This document shows, one piece after another, positions 56,480-64,000 of a DNA stretch of 64,000 nucleotides. Numbering within the stretch: position 1 is the first letter of the stretch; each line of letters begins with the position of its first letter. Source of the stretch: a virus (lineage: Duplodnaviria; Heunggongvirae; Uroviricota; Caudoviricetes); the IMG/VR virus record IMGVR_UViG_3300028888_005256; one strand, given 5' to 3'. A program made the position numbers and the translations under genes. A model generated the notes under the pieces. That model saw only the letters and a program-made list of their open reading frames with translations. It was not told where the DNA came from and did no database searches.

Positions 56480-57634
56480 ATGATGAAAGAAGATTTGCTT
56501 ATAGAATTTATTGAGTCTCATTCAGACTGGAAGGAGCAGCTTAAAAAAGCGCCTTATTTTCTCAAGATCAAGAATTCTGAAACACATCCAAATTATTGGA
56601 TGCTCGCTTATAATCTTTTTGACTCAGATTTCACAAATGACATTACAAAGACTTGCAGAGGGATTGTTCTAGACATCGATCCCGATACAAATAAAGTTCT
56701 TGGAATTGTAAATTATGCAATGTCTAAGTTTTTCAACTATGGAGATCCAAACTGCGCTCCGATAGATTGGACTACTGCAAAAGTTCTTTCTAAGAAAGAC
56801 GGTCAGCTTATTAGGGTTTCAAAATACAAAGGTGAGATTATCTGGTGCACTAACGGTGCATTTGGTCTTAATACGCCTGTAGATTTCACAGATGATAAAG
56901 TGCATGATTATGTAAGTCTTGTAAAGCTTGCTTTGAACAATGATTTAAGTTGGATAGACAGAATTCCAGAGGGCGTTACAGTCTTTATGGAACTTTGTTC
57001 TCCATACAATCGAATCATTTGTAGATACTCTGATGTGAAGATGTGGCTTCTTGGTGCTCGTAGTAATGTCAGCCCGTATTCTGAAATTATGCCTGAAGAC
57101 ATAAAAGCTCAGATAGACATTCCTCTAGATATCCCTGAGTCATACGATTTGCATAGCATAGAGTCAGTTCTCAAAGAGCTAGACAAATTCGTCGGCTACG
57201 AGCAAGAGGGTGTTGTTGTAAGAGATGCAGCATTCAACAGAATCAAAGTAAAGTCGAAAGACTACTTACGAATTCATTATATGCTTGGAGAAAATGGCAT
57301 AACGCAAGACTCTATTCTTACTGCTATTTTGACAGATTCTACAGATGATTTGCTTGAGTTTGACCCGTCTTTAAGCAAGAATATTGATGCCCTTAAAAAA
57401 GACATTATAGCATGTGAAGACAACTTGCGAGAATTATTCTCTATAGTCAAAGAAAAATTTGATGAGTGCAATAATGATCGAAAGACTTTTGCTCAATGGG
57501 CTATCTCTCAAGACAACACAAAAACTTTGTTCAGACTTCTAGATTGCAAAGATGTAGAAGACATTATAAAAGAAAACCGAGAAAGAATGAAGAATTCTAA
57601 AAAGCCTACTAAGGAGCTTTACAATTGCAAATAG
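56480..57634 (+). CDS. RNA ligase (T4 Rnl1-like nucleotidyltransferase); ATG 56480 preferred over TTG 56447 inside the repeat
   Basis: CRGIVL, KFFNYG, motif I KKDG, FMELCSP.NRII, EGVVVRD, RIKVKS..Y. Confidence 0.85.
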   Translation: MMKEDLLIEFIESHSDWKEQLKKAPYFLKIKNSETHPNYWMLAYNLFDSDFTNDITKTCRGIVLDIDPDTNKVLGIVNYAMSKFFNYGDPNCAPIDWTTAKVLSKKDGQLIRVSKYKGEIIWCTNGAFGLNTPVDFTDDKVHDYVSLVKLALNNDLSWIDRIPEGVTVFMELCSPYNRIICRYSDVKMWLLGARSNVSPYSEIMPEDIKAQIDIPLDIPESYDLHSIESVLKELDKFVGYEQEGVVVRDAAFNRIKVKSKDYLRIHYMLGENGITQDSILTAILTDSTDDLLEFDPSLSKNIDALKKDIIACEDNLRELFSIVKEKFDECNNDRKTFAQWAISQDNTKTLFRLLDCKDVEDIIKENRERMKNSKKPTKELYNCK

Positions 57635-58239
57635 ACAAAAATCTTGAGTCTTTAATCACAGAATCTTACTTAGATTGTTGTGAAGAACTGCAAAAGATGC
57701 AAGAAGACTCAAAATTTGATTCAGATAGATTTTCCTGTGCAAAAGCTCAAGAAAGCCGATTAGTGGAGTCTTTTGTAAAGCACGGACTTAAAGCAGAAAC
57801 AGTTTCTTTTTTCTTTAGAAAAAGAGGTGTGATAGATAAGTTTCATTTCTTAGACTTAGTGCATGGAGACATTTTTATTTTTTATGAAGACAGGCTTATT
57901 GCACTAGACTTAAAAATGGGACTTAACAAAGAGTCGCCTGGCTCTATTTCTGCAAAGTCTTTGCAGTTTTTCTCTGGAAATGGTGACAAAGAGCTTTGGT
58001 CTCTGTGTCCAATACAGCATTTGTATTTATGTGGTTTTGGCTTAGGAAGCAAAGAGCTCTACATTATAGACGCAAAAGACTTGTTTAATGCTGTAAAAAA
58101 GACTCACTTAGCTTGGAAAGACAGCTATAAGAAGTCGGACTTGATAGATTATGATGTCTACAATGCAAGAGTAAAAGAATCAGACTTCATTTCAAAAGAT
58201 TTTTTATTAAAAAATTTTTCAAAAAAAGAAAAAATCTAA
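57625..58239 (+). CDS. hypothetical protein, possible PD-(D/E)XK nuclease
   Basis: QESRL...HGDIFI...ALDLKMG spacing. Confidence 0.45.
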   Translation: MQIDKNLESLITESYLDCCEELQKMQEDSKFDSDRFSCAKAQESRLVESFVKHGLKAETVSFFFRKRGVIDKFHFLDLVHGDIFIFYEDRLIALDLKMGLNKESPGSISAKSLQFFSGNGDKELWSLCPIQHLYLCGFGLGSKELYIIDAKDLFNAVKKTHLAWKDSYKKSDLIDYDVYNARVKESDFISKDFLLKNFSKKEKI

Positions 58240-58298
58240 AAATCTTTATTATATTACTATTACAAAAACAAATTCAATTTTATAAGGAGATTTCGCTA

Positions 58299-58544
58299 AT
58301 GAAATCAACAAATGTATCAGTTCAGAAGAAAACAGTCGGCCGCCCATCAACAATCTCTGTAGTTGGACAGAAAATCCTGAAAACTGGTAAGCTTGGAAAG
58401 CCTGCAACTTTTGAGTCTATCAGCAAAGCAGCAAAGAAAGTTGCAGCAGATCGCAAAGCAGTAACAGCTTACAACAACATTCTTTCAGCAGCTCGCGGAA
58501 AAACAAAGACCGCTTATGGCTACAAATGGACAATTGAAGGCTAA
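58299..58544 (+). CDS. stand-alone NUMOD1-like DNA-binding protein
   Basis: FESISKAAK...ILSAARGKTKTAYGYKW; AAGGAG RBS; early promoter motif at 58247. Confidence 0.7.
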   Translation: MKSTNVSVQKKTVGRPSTISVVGQKILKTGKLGKPATFESISKAAKKVAADRKAVTAYNNILSAARGKTKTAYGYKWTIEG

Positions 58545-58558
58545 TTGATCTTCTGAAT

Positions 58559-58594
58559 AAAAAAGCCGCTCTTTTTAAGGAGCGGCTTTTTTTT
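58559..58594. terminator. bidirectional intrinsic terminator
   Basis: AAAAAGCCGCTC-ttttaag-GAGCGGCTTTTT. Confidence 0.8.
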
Positions 58595-58611
58595 TGCTCT
58601 ATTCTAAAGAA

Positions 58612-61491
58612 TTAAAGCGTATCAGTCTGAGAAACATTTGTAAGTGTAAGGTCTACCATCTCAGAGAATGGTGAAACTTGTACAAATACAGGAATGATAA
58701 ACTTCTTTTCAGCTTTTGTCTCATTTGTGTTTGCAGATGCAATGTCCGACTTGTAAGCTCTCCAGATTTTCTGCTTACCTGAAACTCTCTTGTTGAGAAT
58801 TGCATTGACTTGCTTCTGTCTCTTTTCAATCCAGAAATCGTCAATAGGCTTTTTAATCTGAGGAATCATAACATTGTCACGGATTTCTCGTTTACAAACA
58901 ACAAATGCCATAGTGTGCTCAAGGTAACCCCAGTCTGTGAGGTTGTTTGGATCTTGAGTAGTCTTTGAAGACGTAATCATCAAGCCATATTCTGGGTTAT
59001 AGATGATTGGGTTAATGCCCTTCTCATCCATAATCTTTGTTGCTGTATCAGAGAATCTCCACTTAGCTGCAAGAACACTTCTTGAGAGCTGTCCGCCCAC
59101 ATCATCAAAGTTTGTCCAAGCAGGTGGCCAACCACCCATTTTCTTATCCATGATTCTAGCACACATTGCTGCTACATTGCCCATTGGCTGAATGTAAATA
59201 GTCTTACCAGTGTAGCTATCATAGTACTGGAATTCACCTGCAAAAAGAGCAAGCTGCTTATGTCTTGTGCTTACAACCATTGTGCTTGGGTTTGCAAATG
59301 TAGACTTTGTCACCTCAAAAGGAGCAAGTGCAATTGCAAGAGTATGAGTATTTGTGACAAGTGCTGCAAGGTTGTCAACTTCTGTTGGTTTACCAGTCAA
59401 ACCAAAGAATACAAATACATCATCATAGTTGTCGTCGAATGCTTCTTCACCCCAACCAGCTTTAAGAATCTGGTCAAACTCATCTCTCCAAGCACATCCA
59501 GGAAGTCCCTGACTCTTGTTGTCTTCTACAAGATGAGTTACGTATCTCTGACCCTTGAGAGTAAGAATCTTATTTGAAGATACGTCATTGCCTGCAAAGT
59601 CTTCAGTGAGAACATCATCTACAATACGAGCACCCTCATAGATACCGTACTTGTTTACTATAATCTCTTTCAGAGGATCTACTTCAACAAATGAGAAGTC
59701 TCTTTCATTAAGAACATTTGGCCAGTAAATATTTGAGCCTGATGCATCTTTTCCGTTTGGATTCAAAGAACCTGTATAAGTACCACCATTTGTAGTCTTT
59801 CCAGGATAAACTTCTTCAGAAATAGAGAGTGTTACTGTGTTGAAAGCATTATCTGCTCTAAGAGGATAATTGCTAGCATTCTCTTTCTCAAGATACATTT
59901 TTGATTCATTTGCAACGTAGAAAATATGGTATTTCGCAAAGCAACTTTCGTCCCAATTTGCCAAAGTGCCGTCAGAAGACAAAAGAGACTTTGTAATAAG
60001 AACATCTTGAGAAATGTACTTTGATGTGACATCACTACAAATTAGATTTGCGTATTCACCAACTTTGTCACTGTCTACTTGCATAATCTTGAAACTGAAT
60101 GAAGATTCGTTGTCGTCTGGTATTTTAGTAGCCCAAACAAACTGCTTCAATCCGCTAACTTCACTTGCTTTAAGATTTCCAAGATCACCAACTATGACAA
60201 GAGGCAGTGCCATATTATACTTCCACTTATCATAACCGATACCAGTAATGTTGACTTTTGTCACGTTCTCTGTAGGGCTTTTCTGGAAGACACTAAGGAA
60301 TGTGTCATTCTTAAAGTAAAGCATTCCAAAGAAAATGTCAGATTTGATTGAAGGTGCTTTTACTTCAACTATAGTTGTTACTCCATTATTCTCAATAGCC
60401 ATTGACTGATTTTTGAGTGAGAAGTTTGGTACGCCTTCAAGAGCATTTTTCACATCGTACCAATCATACGATGCGCCTGAATTGTTGCCCGGAACAGCTG
60501 CTCTTTCAAAGTATTTTGACAATCCTGCAAGAGAAAGGAAAGGAATTCCAATATCATCAGAAGAGTAATCACTTGTCACAGTAGTGAGTCCAGCCTTTCC
60601 AAGAATTGCATTAGCGCTATTTGTAATAAGGCTTAGCAAAAGTCGTCTTACTTCAGACTTATCCTCATTTCTTGAAGTGACAGGCTCGCCATTTTCATCT
60701 GTAGAAGTTGCTTCACTTCTTCCAAGAACACCATCTGAGTCCTCTGAAATTTCTTCAGCAAGCCAGTCACCGCCGCCAAGAACAATAAAGTAACCGCCGT
60801 TTACAGTGTCTTTACCCCAAATACCACAGTATCTGTCTTCAAATGCAACATTGTCTTTTTCTACGTAGATCTTATGTGAATCTTTGTCGATCTTGTAGTA
60901 GTATGTCCCTTTTGGAGTGCTACCACCGTCACCGCCATAAGAGCTGCCCCAATACTCAAATGCAAACTCGCTCATTGACGACCAAGAAGACTGAGAGATT
61001 CCTGTGATGAGGAATGCGAGGTGCTCTTGATTGTTTCTGCTAGCAGCCTCTGTTGAGATATACGCATAATTTGATCTTACAATTGTATGAACTTGACAGT
61101 CAGGGCCGAGCTGAGAAATTTTAGCTTTAGATGTAAAGTCGATATTCTCTTTTTCACTGACATTGAAAAAGTCTCTTACACCATTTGTTGTGAGATAACT
61201 ACCGCCAATGTATGATGGGTATGATTTGCTTGTTCCAGCAGGTGTAGACAGATACAAGCCATACTGCTTGTTGAACTCAATAGCTTCATAAATGTCTTGC
61301 CAGTCTGCATTGTCAAGGCCTATATAAGCTCTAATAGCTTCAGCATTTCCTTTCTCAAAGTAAACAGGTTCTGTTTCACCTTTTGGTGCTCTAAGAACTG
61401 TGTAGCCTTTTATTGTGCCTGCTTCAGTAGAGACAGAAAATGAAAGATCTATGTCAGTGAAGTTCAATCGCCATGATTTCTTACTTGCCAT
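58612..61491 (-). CDS. contractile tail sheath protein (gp18-like)
   Basis: VAAMCAR...WPPAW...GG, GINPII, SKTTQ, C-terminal sheath fold pattern; AGGAG RBS. Confidence 0.85.
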   Translation of the reverse strand: MASKKSWRLNFTDIDLSFSVSTEAGTIKGYTVLRAPKGETEPVYFEKGNAEAIRAYIGLDNADWQDIYEAIEFNKQYGLYLSTPAGTSKSYPSYIGGSYLTTNGVRDFFNVSEKENIDFTSKAKISQLGPDCQVHTIVRSNYAYISTEAASRNNQEHLAFLITGISQSSWSSMSEFAFEYWGSSYGGDGGSTPKGTYYYKIDKDSHKIYVEKDNVAFEDRYCGIWGKDTVNGGYFIVLGGGDWLAEEISEDSDGVLGRSEATSTDENGEPVTSRNEDKSEVRRLLLSLITNSANAILGKAGLTTVTSDYSSDDIGIPFLSLAGLSKYFERAAVPGNNSGASYDWYDVKNALEGVPNFSLKNQSMAIENNGVTTIVEVKAPSIKSDIFFGMLYFKNDTFLSVFQKSPTENVTKVNITGIGYDKWKYNMALPLVIVGDLGNLKASEVSGLKQFVWATKIPDDNESSFSFKIMQVDSDKVGEYANLICSDVTSKYISQDVLITKSLLSSDGTLANWDESCFAKYHIFYVANESKMYLEKENASNYPLRADNAFNTVTLSISEEVYPGKTTNGGTYTGSLNPNGKDASGSNIYWPNVLNERDFSFVEVDPLKEIIVNKYGIYEGARIVDDVLTEDFAGNDVSSNKILTLKGQRYVTHLVEDNKSQGLPGCAWRDEFDQILKAGWGEEAFDDNYDDVFVFFGLTGKPTEVDNLAALVTNTHTLAIALAPFEVTKSTFANPSTMVVSTRHKQLALFAGEFQYYDSYTGKTIYIQPMGNVAAMCARIMDKKMGGWPPAWTNFDDVGGQLSRSVLAAKWRFSDTATKIMDEKGINPIIYNPEYGLMITSSKTTQDPNNLTDWGYLEHTMAFVVCKREIRDNVMIPQIKKPIDDFWIEKRQKQVNAILNKRVSGKQKIWRAYKSDIASANTNETKAEKKFIIPVFVQVSPFSEMVDLTLTNVSQTDTL

Positions 61492-61600
61492 AAAGTCTCC
61501 TAAATCTTTGAAATATTCTTAAAAATTAGTTTATGGCCTTATCCTAGATTGTAAGACTTTGAACATAACTAATTTACTTTAAGAGGACTGACTACACAAA

Positions 61601-62035
61601 ATGATTCTAATGCAAACACAGAAAGAGGTGCCTGATTTCCTTAGAGATCTTGGATTTGTAGCACCGAAAGGCTATACTTTGCAGAGCATTACAGCGCCAT
61701 CTGCACCTACAGAAGACACTGATAAGACTTTGCAAGTAGACTTTGTAAAGCAAGAGACACCAAACAACAATGTGCAATATACTAAGAAAGATTTGTCTCA
61801 AACATTCTCTTTCTCAGATGTGAAGAACACAAATGCACCGCAAGTAGCTGAGTCTTTTCCAAAGCATAATCCATCAGCGCCAGCTCAGCCAGCTTCATCT
61901 AGACCTGAGCAGATAAAAGCTTATGCACCGCTAAAGGAAACTGCAATTGGCAAGTACTTTATTTTGAAAGAGTCTGTTTGCGGACTTCCGAAGAATACAG
62001 TACTTTTCTATAAGAAAGTAGAGGAACAACTTTAA
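61601..62035 (+). CDS. hypothetical protein
   Basis: 144 aa, GAGGA RBS, ACTAATTT upstream. Confidence 0.6.
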   Translation: MILMQTQKEVPDFLRDLGFVAPKGYTLQSITAPSAPTEDTDKTLQVDFVKQETPNNNVQYTKKDLSQTFSFSDVKNTNAPQVAESFPKHNPSAPAQPASSRPEQIKAYAPLKETAIGKYFILKESVCGLPKNTVLFYKKVEEQL

Positions 62036-62502
62036 TGAGCGATTTAGTAAGTCAAATTGAGCAGAAAAACAGCACAGTTTTGAAGTCTCTTGCAGGCTCA
62101 GCATCAAGTGCTAGTACAAAAGCAATCTCTGACATAGAGCAATTAAAGACTATTCTTGAAGGCTTCAAAGACACTCTTTTAGAGTATCAAGAACTTGCAA
62201 AAGAAAAGGCAATGATTATCTCTAAGTACTCAAAACAGGGTGCAAGCGGAAGCTACAATCTCCCTGGAGTGTTCAGTTCTTCTGTGGGCCATACTGATGT
62301 CACTCTTATGAAAGCTGACAATGCAAGAATTGGTGAGATAGGCCCTGTTATTGAAAGACTAAAAGATCAGAAAGACTCTTACCAGAAAATGCTTACAAGA
62401 TATGTAAATGAATTGATTTATCAAATTCGACTTCTTACTCGTTCTTCTGATGATATCGAGTCATATCTTGCACAGCTTGAACAAGCTACCAACTGGAATT
62501 AA
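62035..62502 (+). CDS. hypothetical coiled-coil protein
   Basis: 155 aa, 1-bp overlap with the previous gene. Confidence 0.6.
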   Translation: MSDLVSQIEQKNSTVLKSLAGSASSASTKAISDIEQLKTILEGFKDTLLEYQELAKEKAMIISKYSKQGASGSYNLPGVFSSSVGHTDVTLMKADNARIGEIGPVIERLKDQKDSYQKMLTRYVNELIYQIRLLTRSSDDIESYLAQLEQATNWN

Positions 62503-62692
62503 AAATCGATATTCTCGAAAAATTCAGAGAGAGCTTCATTTTTCAAAATCTCTTCGAAGCTCTCTCTTAAGTCTCTTATCAAATCTTCAAAAACAAACAA
62601 ATACTTAAGAAAAAAGACTATCACTTCTGTAGAAAAATTATATGCTTTTAACAGCAACTCTAACTGATCCATGAAAGATTTAGTGCACATCT

Positions 62693-62770
62693 TGAATTCG
62701 TCAACTATTAATGGAGACGACACAGCTATGTGAGAAGTAGGGGGAGAGATAGCGTAGAGCTAATATTTTT
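62693..62770 (-). repeat. dispersed bipartite element copy E8 (core 62693-62714)
   Basis: reverse complement of TAGC...GTCGTCTCCATTAATAGTTGACGAATTCA. Confidence 0.85.
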
Positions 62771-62789
62771 ATTTTTAGCTATGTAAATT

Positions 62790-64000
62790 TTAAATGAATC
62801 TACTTCTAAGAATAGGTACTCTTACAACTTCATTCATAAGATGCCACTCACCATCAGCTCCCATGTATACTTGAGCTGCTGTATAGTTATTCTGGCTTGT
62901 GGTTACAGACTTGTCAACACCATAGTTTTTTGCATATCTGACTAAGCCATTTACAGTTTTTACATCACCGTCAAGTCCTTTGAAGTTATTTTCTTCAGAC
63001 TTACCTGCATCTGAAAGAGAATCATAATCATAATGCTTTACATCTTTTGAGCTATTGTCAGATGCAGATGCGCCAGTCTCAAATACTGTGTTCGGACTAT
63101 CTGGCTTGAAATTATAGTCTTTATGAAGCTGGTACAATGAGCCTGCTGAATCGACTCTATCATTATCAGTGTGTACTTTGCCAAGGCCACCTACTACTGT
63201 GAAGTTCTTTGTAATGTATTGAAAGTTTGTAGCAATAGAGAACCTGTTTCCAAGAATTCTTGCTTCAAGCTCTCTTAATGAAAGCGGATATTCTCTTGGG
63301 AGCCACTTTTTATACTCAGACATGTCTTCACCAGTCTTCTGAGAAGCTTTACTGATAGGTTTGCTGTCCTCAGTATATGCATTAGTGCCCTTAAGAGTGA
63401 TGCTTGTCAACTTTGTATAGCCAGTTTTGCTACCAGTTGCACCTGTTTCAATGGCTTCTACTGCTGCTAGGTCATCTGTATTATATGCAAAAACGGACTC
63501 CTCTGGCTGGACAACATATTCTTTTACAGATACTTTACTGATCTTGCCTTTTGCTGAATTATACTCAATGTCAAAGTCTAGAGGATCTCCCTCAATAGCA
63601 GTGTTGCCAAACTTGAAACTGAAAGGATTGTCTACTTCTTTAATTCTAGTGTCTACTAAAGACTTACGCTTGTCTTGAGTACCTCTAGATCTTGAGAAGT
63701 CCTGATCGTACACAGTGTCTTTATTCTGACCAGAAATAATTTTCTTAATCATGTACCAGATTTCATCTGCTGACGGTCCCATAAAACGAGACTCAGCCAT
63801 GACATTTCCGTATTTAGGAATTATGACAGGTACACGATTATAGTCTGAAGCTTTTCTTGCAGAATCTGGCTCAAAGAACATAAGAGGTGTTGCATCACCG
63901 TCATCATCAGAAGACTTTTTCTGATCAAAGCCAATGTCATTACTCTTAGACGCTCTTGACTCAGACCATAAACTGCCAATCTTAGAATCAATCTTAGAAG
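62790..64000 (-). CDS. 3' part of a probable virion protein; frame is open past 63881 to the window edge
   Basis: manual translation of 63882-64000 in frame shows no stop; Ser/Thr/Asp-rich. Confidence 0.65.
   Translation of the reverse strand, partial: SKIDSKIGSLWSESRASKSNDIGFDQKKSSDDDGDATPLMFFEPDSARKASDYNRVPVIIPKYGNVMAESRFMGPSADEIWYMIKKIISGQNKDTVYDQDFSRSRGTQDKRKSLVDTRIKEVDNPFSFKFGNTAIEGDPLDFDIEYNSAKGKISKVSVKEYVVQPEESVFAYNTDDLAAVEAIETGATGSKTGYTKLTSITLKGTNAYTEDSKPISKASQKTGEDMSEYKKWLPREYPLSLRELEARILGNRFSIATNFQYITKNFTVVGGLGKVHTDNDRVDSAGSLYQLHKDYNFKPDSPNTVFETGASASDNSSKDVKHYDYDSLSDAGKSEENNFKGLDGDVKTVNGLVRYAKNYGVDKSVTTSQNNYTAAQVYMGADGEWHLMNEVVRVPILRSRFI

Noticed and set aside
3213-62714. Dispersed repeat read as a CRISPR array or as solitary CRISPR repeats
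   Set aside because: At most two units are in tandem, the flanking halves differ, no cas genes are present and no known repeat consensus was recognised
62499-62723. 74-aa minus-strand ORF (MSSPLIVDEF...)
   Set aside because: It starts inside element E8, whose core encodes PLIVDEF by chance, and has no RBS; it may be real but is unsupported
249-63678. Many antisense or nested ORFs in the track (e.g. 249-464, 5698-6156, 8223-8666, 9696-10808, 31190-32638, 50285-51118, 63427-63678)
   Set aside because: They are shadow frames of longer motif-supported genes, with atypical composition and no RBS
1-64000. Alternative genetic code (TAG or TGA reassignment)
   Set aside because: Long conserved genes (nrdD, sheath, SbcC, helicase) are uninterrupted in code 11 and coding density is high; TAG (28187) and TGA (29677) serve as stops
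1-64000. tRNA or rRNA genes
   Set aside because: No cloverleaf or GTTCRA T-loop context recognised in the short intergenic regions by eye; tRNAscan-SE would be decisive

Overview
AT-rich, gene-dense 64 kb segment of a large (jumbo-type) contractile-tailed T4-like phage in standard genetic code 11. Structural genes are scattered on both strands among replication, repair and metabolism genes. Structural genes: tail sheath, baseplate hub and spike, tape measure, neck-like protein, fibre-like proteins. Replication, repair and metabolism genes: gp46/gp47-like SbcCD, 5'-3' exonuclease, DinG/XPD-like helicase, RecB-like nuclease, NrdD, ClpP-like protease, Hsp20, RNA ligase, polynucleotide kinase, nicotinamidase, a sigma-70-family factor. 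No tRNA, rRNA, CRISPR array or integrase was recognised. The most unusual observations are: (1) a four-gene operon with a radical SAM/SPASM enzyme translationally coupled to a 647-aa protein ending in 11 periodic (Y/H)-x-(D/E/N)-C repeats, then an unknown gene and a GT-B glycosyltransferase, suggesting a protein cross-linking/glycosylation system; (2) eight dispersed copies of a bipartite intergenic element with a 22-bp core CCATTAATAGTTGACGAATTCG, mostly at strand switches; (3) two apparent genes-in-pieces, a eukaryote-type topoisomerase IB N-terminal half and a stand-alone 127-aa family A DNA polymerase motif-A fragment with an intein-like tail; (4) an unannotated 44-aa FlgM-like anti-sigma ORF; (5) apparent pseudo-enzymes (Nudix and QueE-like) that have lost their catalytic motifs. 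All family calls come from motif recognition by eye; no database search was run.
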